Part shown: positions 8,547-17,145 of the stretch, piece by piece
How the letters are laid out: each line of letters opens with the position of its first letter
Position numbering within the stretch: the first letter of the stretch is position 1
Virus record (IMG/VR): IMGVR_UViG_3300044785_000013
Coordinates: 1-35,576 of that record
DNA from: a virus
Lineage: Duplodnaviria; Caudoviricetes
Strand: one strand, 5' to 3'
Length of the DNA: 35,576 bases
Notes under the pieces: model-generated
The model's input: only the letters and a program-made list of their open reading frames with translations
Told to the model about the DNA's origin: nothing
The model's database searches: none
Made by a program: the position numbers and the translations under genes

Positions 8547-9425
8547 ATGTTTCAGATCACTCTCGACTCCAACACCAGCCCTCGCGACCTGCGCGCCGCC
8601 GCACACTTGATTCAAGCGCTTCTGGGTGCACCCGCTGTGGTTGCGGAGCCGACCATCCCCGGTTTGGCTGCGGCAAAGCAGGCCCTCGCTGATTTCCCCC
8701 TGCCACCGCCTGTTCCTTTACCAGCGCCCCCGCCACAGGGGGGCTGGCAGGGGACCCCAGTGCAGTTCGGAGGTGCCGCTGCGCCTGCCCCTTTGCCGGC
8801 GCCTGCCCCGTCTTTTGCGGGTGTCGATCAATCGCTGACTGCCCCCGGGGGCTTGCCGGCGCCTGGGGCACCTGGACAGGCCGAGTGGTCCTTGAGTGTG
8901 CCCTCGTTCGCGCAAATGGGGGCTGCCCCCGCGGCTGCGCCCACACCGAGCCCTGCCGGGCCCGTTAAAGTGGACATTTCCGGGCTCCCTTGGGATGCCC
9001 GTATTCACAGCTCCAGCAAGATCGTTCTCGCCGACCTCCGCTGGAAGAAGAAGAAGAACCTGAACGACGCGGCCTACGTTGGCCGGATCGAAACGGAGCT
9101 GCGTAATTTGATGGCACAGCCGGTTCCCCCGGGCATGCCTGCACCTGTCCCTGTTGCACCACCCGCTCCAGTGCCTGCACCTGTCCCTGTTGCACCACCC
9201 GCTCCAGTGCCTGCACCTGTCCCTGTTGCACCACCCGCTCCAGTAGGCAGCCCGCAGAGCTACGAAGAACTGATTCCAGTCTTGACGGCGCAATTCCGGG
9301 ACAACCCCGCCTTGATGGCCCGCTTGGCCCCTACCTTGGCTCACATGCAAATTCCGCAGTTGCCGATGTTGGCGCAACGGCCTGACCTGATCCCCGCCTT
9401 CTGGGCGATGCTGACCAGCGCATGA
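8547..9425 (+). CDS. Pro/Ala-rich phage replication-region protein
   Basis: AAGGA RBS, ATG 8547; a D..G.PWD.RIH..SK...W domain lies between low-complexity linkers. Confidence 0.85.
   Translation: MFQITLDSNTSPRDLRAAAHLIQALLGAPAVVAEPTIPGLAAAKQALADFPLPPPVPLPAPPPQGGWQGTPVQFGGAAAPAPLPAPAPSFAGVDQSLTAPGGLPAPGAPGQAEWSLSVPSFAQMGAAPAAAPTPSPAGPVKVDISGLPWDARIHSSSKIVLADLRWKKKKNLNDAAYVGRIETELRNLMAQPVPPGMPAPVPVAPPAPVPAPVPVAPPAPVPAPVPVAPPAPVGSPQSYEELIPVLTAQFRDNPALMARLAPTLAHMQIPQLPMLAQRPDLIPAFWAMLTSA
9136..9244 (+). repeat. Perfect 36-bp tandem repeat x3 (PAPVPVAPPAPV)
   Basis: TGCCTGCACCTGTCCCTGTTGCACCACCCGCTCCAG at 9136, 9172 and 9208. Confidence 0.95.
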
Positions 9426-9616
9426 AGTGCCTTCCCGACGCGGAGGTGGCAGCCTTGAGGCTAGCCGCTGCCCGGTATTACAAGGTTCGGCACGTGTTCA
9501 TGGAGCCCAGCGGGCCGGGGGTGGCCGAAGACCTGGGCCGCCGGCTTGACAACCTGGACCCCACCCCTGACAACTTCGACTGGTTCGTAGACCAGTTACC
9601 GGAGTCACCTCGATGA
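9422..9616 (+). CDS. Hypothetical protein
   Basis: ATGA overlaps at both ends. Confidence 0.7.
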   Translation: MKCLPDAEVAALRLAAARYYKVRHVFMEPSGPGVAEDLGRRLDNLDPTPDNFDWFVDQLPESPR

Positions 9617-10740
9617 GCCAGCAAGGCCACGCGTTCTTGCCGCCCAGCGGGGCGGCAGCCTGGCGTCTCTGCGCGCTTTGGCCAACGATGAACCAGCAGT
9701 TTCCAGAGCTGGAACCGTCCGAGGCCAGCCAAGAAGGCACCGCCGCTCACTGGGTGTGGAAGCAGCTTTGGGATGGTGTCCCGGTACCTGCAGGCACCAT
9801 TGCCCCGAATGGCGTTCGAGTGGATGAAGAAATGCTGGGTGCTGCCGAGCTGTTCTGCAGCACCATCCACACCCCTATGGCCGACCTGCGGCAAGCCACG
9901 TTGACCGAAGTGCACGTCACCGGAACCCGAATCCACCCCACGGCCAACGCAGGCACCCCGGACGTGTCGCGCTACAAACACCAACTTGAAGTGAAAGAAT
10001 TCAAGTACGGTCACAAGCATGTGCCGGTCTTTGAAAACTGGCAGATGATCAACTATGCCGCACTGTTGATGGACCGACACGGCGTTGACGGCATTCGTGA
10101 TCAAACGCTCGAAGTGGAACTGACCGTGGTGCAGCCACGCAATTATTCCGCGGAGGGCCCCGTACGAACATGGCTGGTACGAGCGGCGGACCTGCGGCCA
10201 TACATCAACGATTTGCGCAACGCCGCTGACCGGGCCACGCAACCCAACCCAACAGCCACACCTGGGCCGGTGCAGTGTGAATACTGCCCCGGCCGGCATG
10301 CATGCCCCGCTGTCCAGAACACATCTTTTGCGGCTGTCGATTACAGCCAACAGCGTGCGTTGCCACTGCGCATGAGCCCCGAAGCCGTTGCGCGGGAGCT
10401 GTCCACACTGACGTGGCACGAAGACATGCTGCGCGCCCGAAAGTCAGGGCTCGAAGAACAGCTCAAGGCCGAAATCAAGGCTGGCCACCGCACGCCCGGG
10501 TGGCATCTGGAGGCGGGCTCTGGCCGGGAGGTGTGGCAGAAATCCTTAGAGGAGGTGCGTATCCTAGGCACCCTGTTCGGCGTCGAAATGCAGAAACCCG
10601 CATTGATCACGCCAACACAGGCCCGCGCCGCCGGTGTCCCGGATACCATCATCAGTTCGTACAGCGTGCGCCCGCCCGGCGCGTTGAAGCTGGTCCAAGA
10701 CAACGAAGCCTTGGCTCGGCGCATTTTCGGAAAGAATTGA
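9613..10740 (+). CDS. DUF2800-like (Cas4-related) PD-(D/E)XK exonuclease
   Basis: H..L.PS.A..W..C, EGTAAH, GTPD, EFKYG, N.QM..YA, VQPR, C.YC....C. Confidence 0.9.
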   Translation: MSQQGHAFLPPSGAAAWRLCALWPTMNQQFPELEPSEASQEGTAAHWVWKQLWDGVPVPAGTIAPNGVRVDEEMLGAAELFCSTIHTPMADLRQATLTEVHVTGTRIHPTANAGTPDVSRYKHQLEVKEFKYGHKHVPVFENWQMINYAALLMDRHGVDGIRDQTLEVELTVVQPRNYSAEGPVRTWLVRAADLRPYINDLRNAADRATQPNPTATPGPVQCEYCPGRHACPAVQNTSFAAVDYSQQRALPLRMSPEAVARELSTLTWHEDMLRARKSGLEEQLKAEIKAGHRTPGWHLEAGSGREVWQKSLEEVRILGTLFGVEMQKPALITPTQARAAGVPDTIISSYSVRPPGALKLVQDNEALARRIFGKN

Positions 10741-10744
10741 AACC

Positions 10745-11110
10745 ATGGACAACCTGCAAGCCACCATCGACGCCAACGCCAAGCCGGGCGAGCCGCGCAT
10801 CACCAGCGAACACTACTTCACGGCTGCCGAAGGTGTTCAAGGGGCCACCCCCTCCCTGGCAGAGCTTGATTACTTTCCAAGCGCCCTGGAACAGGTGACC
10901 TTCTGTGTGCTGGTTCTCAAAAATGGCTTCACGGTCACGGGGAAATCCGCCGTACTGTCAGCAGCCAATTTCAACGCCAAGATTGGCCGAGAAGTGGCCC
11001 GCCGCGATGCCATTCGGCAGGTGTGGCCGCTGTTGGGTTATGCCGAAGCAGAACGACTGCACGCTGAACACCGCGAGCACCAAGAGGCCGCATCGCGCCT
11101 GCACGGCTGA
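10745..11110 (+). CDS. N4 Gp49/Sf6 gp66 family protein (candidate nucleotide-signal sponge)
   Basis: EHYFTA, TFCVLVLKNGFTVTGKSA, NFNA.IG, W.LLGY. Confidence 0.9.
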   Translation: MDNLQATIDANAKPGEPRITSEHYFTAAEGVQGATPSLAELDYFPSALEQVTFCVLVLKNGFTVTGKSAVLSAANFNAKIGREVARRDAIRQVWPLLGYAEAERLHAEHREHQEAASRLHG

Positions 11111-11144
11111 CCCCACTTTCCGCGCAACCTAACTAGGACACCCT

Positions 11145-11414
11145 ATGAGTGTAAATTTAAACAGCGGTAAGCCGCAGCAAGCCTCCCTGCTCTACGATGG
11201 CTTGCCGCGCCCAATCCCGACGCTTCAACCCCACCAGCAACGCGTCGTGGCTGAGAAAACCGAACTGGATGCCCGGTGTGAGAAGCTCGCGGCGTTCATC
11301 AACGGTGCAATTTTCCAGACCATGCCCGAGGCCGAGCGCACACGGCTGGAACGGCAACACACGTTGATGACCGAGCTTTCCGCGATACTCGGTGAGCGCA
11401 TCGCCGCTTTCTAA
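11145..11414 (+). CDS. crAss001_48-related small helical protein
   Basis: QPHQQRVV.EK.EL...KL..FI...L.RQ..M....ILGERI..F. Confidence 0.8.
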   Translation: MSVNLNSGKPQQASLLYDGLPRPIPTLQPHQQRVVAEKTELDARCEKLAAFINGAIFQTMPEAERTRLERQHTLMTELSAILGERIAAF

Positions 11415-11432
11415 ACCTAGGATATCCGAGAA

Positions 11433-12554
11433 ATGACAAAGATTCAGTTCACTTCACCAGTCGGGCGGCTCGTGATGGGAAACCTATACGACCCCCGCAC
11501 CACCGCCTTCGACGGCTCGCCGCTCGTCTACAAGCACGGCGCCGAAGCGGGCAAACCCAGAGTCGAATATTTCATTGGCTTGGCCATCGCCAAGAACCCA
11601 GCGCACAATTTCCCGCTTGGTTGGGCAAACAGCGACTGGGGCAAAGCCCTGTGGACGGCTGGTCACGCGTTCATGTCATCCGCTGGGCAACTGCTGTCGT
11701 TCAAGTGGAAGGTGGATGACGGTGATGTGCCGAAGCAGGATGAACGCACCGGCGCAGTGATGTCAATTCGCGAAGGTCACGCTGGTTGCTGGATCCTGAA
11801 GCTGACGGGCAGTTTCGCGCCGAAGCTCTACAGCGGTGTTGGTGCGGCCGACCCCAAGAATCCGCCAGCTTTGCTGGAGAAGGGTGCGATCAACCTCGGG
11901 GACTACATCCAGGTCTTCGCCGACACCGAGGGTAATGGCGCGGTGGGTGCCCAAGCGGGCATCTACGTCAACCACCGCATGGTGTGCCTCGTGGGATATG
12001 GCAAACGCATCCTCGTGGGTCCCGACGTCGGTTCGGCCGGCTTCGGCGGCCAACCCCTGCCGTCCGGTGCCAGCTTGATTCCAATTGGCGGTTTCCAGCA
12101 GCAAGCGGCCCCCGGTGTGCCAACCCAGGCACCCCAGGCCCCCAGCATGCCACCCCAGGCACCCCCGGGCTACGGCATGCCACCCCAGGCCCCCAGCATG
12201 CCACCCCAGGCACCCCCGGGCTACGGCATGCCACCCGGTACGCCCCCGAACTACGCTTTTATCCAGCCCCCGGGAATGCCGGCGCCCGGGGCCGCTGGCC
12301 AACCGTCGGCGGGGTACCCGACGCCTCCGGCCATGCCTGCGTCACCTGTGGCACCCGGCTATCCGGTCGCGCCTACTGGTCCCCCTTTGGCACCGGGCTT
12401 ACCTGTGGAGTCTGCGATGACATACCCTTCTAGCCCGCGCCCACCGGCGGCCCGTATGACCCCGGCGGCCACCGGCATCCCGTATGAAGCGTGGCGTGCG
12501 CAAAACTGGACCGACGAAATGCTGATCGCACAAGGCAAGATGCTCCCCGCCTGA
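11433..12554 (+). CDS. DUF2815/T7 gp2.5-like single-stranded DNA-binding protein with a long Pro-rich tail
   Basis: SPVGRLV, K..DGD, GHAG.W, GIYVN motifs; position between the DUF2800-like gene and the polymerase. Confidence 0.8.
   Translation: MTKIQFTSPVGRLVMGNLYDPRTTAFDGSPLVYKHGAEAGKPRVEYFIGLAIAKNPAHNFPLGWANSDWGKALWTAGHAFMSSAGQLLSFKWKVDDGDVPKQDERTGAVMSIREGHAGCWILKLTGSFAPKLYSGVGAADPKNPPALLEKGAINLGDYIQVFADTEGNGAVGAQAGIYVNHRMVCLVGYGKRILVGPDVGSAGFGGQPLPSGASLIPIGGFQQQAAPGVPTQAPQAPSMPPQAPPGYGMPPQAPSMPPQAPPGYGMPPGTPPNYAFIQPPGMPAPGAAGQPSAGYPTPPAMPASPVAPGYPVAPTGPPLAPGLPVESAMTYPSSPRPPAARMTPAATGIPYEAWRAQNWTDEMLIAQGKMLPA
12130..12236 (+). repeat. 51-bp tandem duplication (PQAPSMPPQAPPGYGMP)
   Basis: Copies start at 12130 and 12181. 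Confidence 0.9.
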
Positions 12555-12562
12555 CGCAGCGC

Positions 12563-12781
12563 ATGGTTCAATTCGTAATGGGGCTTTGCGGGCTCGTGGC
12601 GCTTTGGTTTGCCACGTGCCCGCACACGCACTTGCGTCGCTGGTCCCCCATCGCGGGGCTTCTCGGGCAACCAGCGTGGTTGTGGTTTGCCTGGAAAGCT
12701 GACGCGTGGGGTTTGTTCATTCTCTCGTGCGCCTACACCGCCGTCTATCTGCGTGACTGGCGCCGGTTCTGGACCCGATGA
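12563..12781 (+). CDS. Small 3-TM membrane protein (PnuC/SemiSWEET half-unit-like)
   Basis: 72 aa, three hydrophobic segments, GLLGQP.W..F....WGLF. Confidence 0.65.
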   Translation: MVQFVMGLCGLVALWFATCPHTHLRRWSPIAGLLGQPAWLWFAWKADAWGLFILSCAYTAVYLRDWRRFWTR

Positions 12782-15108
12782 TGCTCGCCGGCACACAGAT
12801 CCCCGTCGGGCTGGGGGTGGCCACAGTGCTGCCCGACATGGATTTCGAGACGTACAGCGAAGCCGGGTTCGTGTGGGTACCGCCCGTGGAGTTGCCTGCC
12901 AGTTGGAAACAGGGCCGCGGTGGTCAGTGGTCTGTGAGCCCGGCGAAGACGCAGCTCGGGTCCTGGACCTGTTTGCCGAACGCCAGCCAACGGCGCAAAG
13001 GGCTCCCAATCGTAGGGGCGGCGGTCTATGCCACGCACCCCACGACCGAGGTGCTTTCCTTCGTCTACGACTTGCACGACGGTCGCGGCGCGCACTGGTG
13101 GCGCCCGGGTGTGCCCAACCCTCAGGAACTGTTCGACCACCTGAACCGCGGCGGATTGGTGGAGGCGCATCGCAGCTCTTTCGAGCACTGGATCTGGAAC
13201 TACGTCTGTACGAAGCGCTACGGTTGGCCGTGGCTGGATGCGCAACAGCTCCGGTGCTCGGCATCGAAGGCGCGGGCCTACGCGCTCCCGGGGGCCCTTG
13301 ACGAGCTGGGCCGCGTGCTACAGCTCAAGCACCAGAAGGACCCCGCGGGGAAAGCACTTCTCGACAAATTCAGCATGCCGCGCAACCCGACGGCCACAGA
13401 CCCCAGGACCCGGATACTGCCGGAAACCGACGCTGACGGGCACGCGCTCTACGCCTACAACGTCCGGGATATCGTCGCGGAAAACGAAGCCAGCACCCGG
13501 ATACCCGATCTGTCGCCGTCTGAGCTGGAATACTGGCTGGTTGAACAACGAATCAACCACCGCGGTGTGGCCATCGACACCAAGGCGCTGGCCGACTGCA
13601 TTCGCATCGTAGAGCTGGCGCTTGCTCGGTATAACGACGAACTGCGCACCATCACGGGTGGGATATCCGTCACTGAAACGCAGAAGCTTACCGGTTGGCT
13701 GGCGGCCCGCGGGTTCTTCATCGAATCGATGAAAGCCGATTCGGTCGAAGACGCCTTGGAAGATTTGCGCAAACGCGGCGTTCCCGGAACTGACCCGGTG
13801 CACCGGGTGTTGGTCATTCGAGCCCTGACAGCTAGTGCCAGCGTAAAGAAAGTTTACGCCATCAAGCACCAGCTCAGCCCCTGGGGTCGGCTGCACGACC
13901 TGTTCAACTACTACGGCGCCCGAACTGGCCGGGAAAGCGGCAACGACGCCCAGCCGCAAAGCTTGACAAAGCATGGGCCGCCTGTGCGGGAGTGTTCGCG
14001 CTGCAAGCACTACTATGGTGCTCGGCTGCATGATGTGTGCGCGTGGTGTGGTGCCACCGATGTCGGCACCACGCGGGAGTGGGGCATCGAAGCCGCCTTG
14101 GATGCCTTGGCTGTCATCGCAACGGGCTCCCTGGCTGAAGTCGAACGGGTGTTCGTTGAAGCGCTGGCCACAGTTGCCGGATGCCTTCGCCCACTCTTTG
14201 TGGCCGCACCCGGGCTGCGCTTCATCAGCTCTGACTACTCGTCCATCGAAGGCGTGGTCATCGCCATGCTAGCTGGCGAAACCTGGCGACAAGAGGTGTT
14301 CCGCACAGGCGGCCAAATCTACATTGAGTCGGCCTCGCGTGCGTTTCACGTGTCCGTCGCGGAAATGCTGCGCCACAAGGAGGAAACTGGTATCCACCAC
14401 CCGCTGCGCGACAAGGGCAAGCGGATGGAATTGGGCCTGGGGTTTGGTGGCTGGATCGGCGCACTTCGCAGCCCCCAGATTGACTACCCCGGTACAGATG
14501 ACGAGCTGAAAGCAGCCGTCCTGGCCTGGCGCGCCGCAAACCTGGCGATCGTGGAGTTTTGGGGTGGCCAGGGGCGCTTCTACTACGGCTGGAAGCCGGA
14601 GCTGTTCGGGCTGGAAGGGGTGGCCGTCCTGGCCGTCTCGAACCCCGGCACACCTTATCGGTATCGGGATATCACCTTTGTGGTCCGAGACGATGTGCTG
14701 TTCTGCACACTGCCCTCTGGCCGCTCACTTTGCTACCACCGCCCGCGACTGGAGCCCCACAGCAAGCCCAACCGGCGCGGTGTGGCCATCACCTACGAAG
14801 GTTGGAACAGCAACCCAAAAGAGTACGCGCTCGGTTGGGTGCGGATGGAAATCTACGGCGGCAAGTTTGCGGAGAACATCGTTCAGGCCGTCGCCCGGGA
14901 TATCCTAGTCCACGCCATTGTCAATTTGGAGAAGGCCAGCTATGCTGTTGTCCTCCACCTGCACGACGAAATCGTGGTGGAAGTTAGCGCCACGTTTGGT
15001 TCGTTGGAAGAGGTAGAACAGATCATGGGCAAGCTACCGTGGTGGGCGTGTGGCTGGCCAATCTTCGCCAAGGGTGGATGGATTCACGTTCGGTTCCAGA
15101 AAAAATGA
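12778..15108 (+). CDS. polA: Family A DNA polymerase with a 3'-5' exonuclease domain
   Basis: DFETYS exonuclease motif, YN.RD, GARTGR, motif A DYSSIE, motif B K.MELGLGFGG, ENIVQAVARD, motif C HDEIV. Confidence 0.95.
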   Translation: MMLAGTQIPVGLGVATVLPDMDFETYSEAGFVWVPPVELPASWKQGRGGQWSVSPAKTQLGSWTCLPNASQRRKGLPIVGAAVYATHPTTEVLSFVYDLHDGRGAHWWRPGVPNPQELFDHLNRGGLVEAHRSSFEHWIWNYVCTKRYGWPWLDAQQLRCSASKARAYALPGALDELGRVLQLKHQKDPAGKALLDKFSMPRNPTATDPRTRILPETDADGHALYAYNVRDIVAENEASTRIPDLSPSELEYWLVEQRINHRGVAIDTKALADCIRIVELALARYNDELRTITGGISVTETQKLTGWLAARGFFIESMKADSVEDALEDLRKRGVPGTDPVHRVLVIRALTASASVKKVYAIKHQLSPWGRLHDLFNYYGARTGRESGNDAQPQSLTKHGPPVRECSRCKHYYGARLHDVCAWCGATDVGTTREWGIEAALDALAVIATGSLAEVERVFVEALATVAGCLRPLFVAAPGLRFISSDYSSIEGVVIAMLAGETWRQEVFRTGGQIYIESASRAFHVSVAEMLRHKEETGIHHPLRDKGKRMELGLGFGGWIGALRSPQIDYPGTDDELKAAVLAWRAANLAIVEFWGGQGRFYYGWKPELFGLEGVAVLAVSNPGTPYRYRDITFVVRDDVLFCTLPSGRSLCYHRPRLEPHSKPNRRGVAITYEGWNSNPKEYALGWVRMEIYGGKFAENIVQAVARDILVHAIVNLEKASYAVVLHLHDEIVVEVSATFGSLEEVEQIMGKLPWWACGWPIFAKGGWIHVRFQKK

Positions 15109-15299
15109 CCAACGATCACAGCTTCTGGCCCGACCTCGGCACCCCCGGCCTCTGCCAACTGAATGGTCGGGAGGTGTTCTGGACGGGGCGAGTCGCTATC
15201 GGGCTCCGTTTTGAGGCGCCCACACCTCAGTGCACGGATACCCTACCCGTGATGTTGTCTCTGTTACTTTACGAACTGGAAGAACTACTGCATGTCTAA
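15105..15299 (+). CDS. Hypothetical protein
   Basis: ATGA overlap with the polymerase stop. Confidence 0.6.
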   Translation: MTNDHSFWPDLGTPGLCQLNGREVFWTGRVAIGLRFEAPTPQCTDTLPVMLSLLLYELEELLHV

Positions 15300-15639
15300 A
15301 GAACGTTTGAGCCACCTCGCCGGCCGGCTGGCGCGTCTGGCTGCCCTTCCGAACGATCTGCTCGACAACCTGGGTGAGTTGACCGCGGTGACATCTGACC
15401 TGGCCTGCATGTCGCTCACGCCGATCAACGTGCCTGACGAGCCCCGCCGGCAAACGATGTTCGACGACCCCGTGCTGGCTGTCCAAATCGCAGCGGTGCT
15501 GACCGTGCGGCTGGGGGGCGCAATCAGCATCACTCAAGCCGACTTGAACAGCTTGGACCAGTTCAGCGCTGAGGAGAGTTTCAGCGCTGACACGGAAACC
15601 TTCACGTTGACGGTCACACCGAAGGAGCCCGCCGTATGA
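15292..15639 (+). CDS. Hypothetical protein
   Basis: 115-aa ORF overlapping both neighbours by a few bases. Confidence 0.7.
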   Translation: MSKERLSHLAGRLARLAALPNDLLDNLGELTAVTSDLACMSLTPINVPDEPRRQTMFDDPVLAVQIAAVLTVRLGGAISITQADLNSLDQFSAEESFSADTETFTLTVTPKEPAV

Positions 15640-15965
15640 GCGCCGATAAAACCCAAATGAACCCGTGGCAGGTGTGCTTGGATCCCAAGACGCTGCGCCC
15701 CACCGGTAAGACCCTGGAAGAGTTGGGCGAGCTGGTTGCGGTCCTGGCCCGCGTGATCATCCAGGGGGTAGACGAAGTGGACCCGGGGTCCGGCAGAACC
15801 AACCGGGTCCGGCTGGAAGACGAGCTGGCAGATGTGCTAGCCCAGTGCTGCCGGCTGATCGAAACCCTAGGTTTGAACCGGGGGACCATCATGACTCGGG
15901 TTGCGGAGAAAGACCGCCAAATGGCGGAATGGGACTCACTGTACCCGCTGAGGTACCCCGATTGA
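15636..15965 (+). CDS. MazG-like NTP pyrophosphohydrolase
   Basis: K.LEELGEL and LEDELADV acidic motifs; AAGGAG RBS. Confidence 0.8.
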   Translation: MSADKTQMNPWQVCLDPKTLRPTGKTLEELGELVAVLARVIIQGVDEVDPGSGRTNRVRLEDELADVLAQCCRLIETLGLNRGTIMTRVAEKDRQMAEWDSLYPLRYPD

Positions 15966-16219
15966 CGGCGGATCTCGTAGGCTGCGCTGGGGGCTGCGGC
16001 AGGTTGGTTAAACCAGAAGACTTGGACAACAGCGGCTGGACCTTCTTGCCTATTACTGGCCGGCGTAGGTGTGGGGAGTGCGACAGAGCGCTTGCACGCG
16101 TCGCCAATACCGCCGGTAGCCCGCCCCGCAACGAACCCGACAAGCTGCCGCCAACATCCATCGGCGCGTTGAAAAAGCTGCCGGAACCACTTCAACTACA
16201 CGAAAAGGTCAAACCGTGA
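15962..16219 (+). CDS. Small Zn-finger-like hypothetical protein
   Basis: TTG 15962 follows GAGGT; CAGGC..CGEC. Confidence 0.55.
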   Translation: MTADLVGCAGGCGRLVKPEDLDNSGWTFLPITGRRRCGECDRALARVANTAGSPPRNEPDKLPPTSIGALKKLPEPLQLHEKVKP

Positions 16220-16701
16220 CCAACACTGTTCGTAAATTCGCCCTGATATCCCACTGCGGCCGATACCGCTACTCCCTGATGCGCATCTGGGACCCTACCG
16301 GGGGCGTTGTGACGTTCATCGGGCTGAACCCGAGCACCGCCGACGCTGTGCAAGACGATGCCACGATCCGGGTGTGCGTGGCCTACGCGCGCCGCTGGGG
16401 CTTCGGTGGGATCTGCATGCTGAATCTGTTTGCGTTCAGGGCGCGCAAACCCAAAGACATGCTGGCGGCCGAAGATCCGGTCGGACCGGAGAACGATTAC
16501 CACATCGAATACCTAGCCGCCAGATCCACTGAAGTCATTGCCGCATGGGGCGCGCACGGCAAGCACCTGGCGCGTGAAGCTGCCGTTGTGAGCCTACTCG
16601 GCCGGCAACTGAAGTGCCTGTCGTCCAACAAGGACGGGTCACCACACCACCCCCTCTACCTGCCGGCAAACCTGGAGCCGAAGCTGTGGGTGCCGACGTA
16701 G
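16216..16701 (+). CDS. DUF1643 family protein
   Basis: S.CGRYRYSL.R.W, FIGLNPSTAD, NLFAFRA, AAWG, G.P.HPLY. Confidence 0.93.
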   Translation: MTNTVRKFALISHCGRYRYSLMRIWDPTGGVVTFIGLNPSTADAVQDDATIRVCVAYARRWGFGGICMLNLFAFRARKPKDMLAAEDPVGPENDYHIEYLAARSTEVIAAWGAHGKHLAREAAVVSLLGRQLKCLSSNKDGSPHHPLYLPANLEPKLWVPT

Positions 16702-16881
16702 CTGGGGCGCTTGAAGGGTTGCTGTTCGTGCGTCAGTTGCTCCTGGATGGCGGCCCAGGTCTTCTGCACGAAGTGCACGCTTCGATATTCGAGGGCTTCA
16801 CACACTCTGAAGCGTGCGAACTGAGGTTCACGTGCGGCCTGCTTCTCGCCGGGCCTTACCACCTCAGCGAAACGCTGTTTG
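16702..16881 (-). ncRNA. Candidate structured RNA in the gap between the convergent blocks
   Basis: At least five consecutive hairpins; one 10-bp stem pairs fully only on the minus strand, through G-U pairs. Confidence 0.4.
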
Positions 16882-17145
16882 TCAGACTGCTGCCGGAGGT
16901 GTCCCTAGGGATCGCCTGAGCTGTTCGTTTTGCAGCTCCAAACGGTGCCGTTCCAGCCGGCCCGACTTCCAGTGGTTGTATGCCAGCACGAGGGACAGCA
17001 GGCCGCCCGCTGCTGTTCCCAACGCCGTAAGCCAGGGCTGCAGAATCTGCAGCCAGCCCACGAACGTTGACATGAAAGTGGCGGCCACCACCGTGACGCT
17101 GGCTTTCACCCCCGAAATGTGCTCCATAAACTCTCGCTTCCTCAT
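16882..17145 (-). CDS. Holin-like small membrane protein
   Basis: Two hydrophobic segments and a charged C-terminus; last gene of the late block; ATGA overlap at 17142-17145. Confidence 0.6.
   Translation of the reverse strand: MRKREFMEHISGVKASVTVVAATFMSTFVGWLQILQPWLTALGTAAGGLLSLVLAYNHWKSGRLERHRLELQNEQLRRSLGTPPAAV

Noticed and set aside
9613-10740. Cas4 as evidence of a CRISPR-Cas system
   Set aside because: It is a stand-alone DUF2800-like nuclease in a normal phage replication context; there are no other cas genes and no array.
16836-16860. SRP-RNA-like or hammerhead-like motif within the ncRNA candidate
   Set aside because: GGUAAGGCCCGGCGAGAAGCAG only loosely resembles SRP helix 8 and its apical stem does not pair; there is no CUGANGA hammerhead core.
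16614-16919. ORFs 16614..16919 (+) and 16656..16862 (-)
   Set aside because: No recognisable motifs, weak starts and overlap with better-supported genes; not fully excluded.
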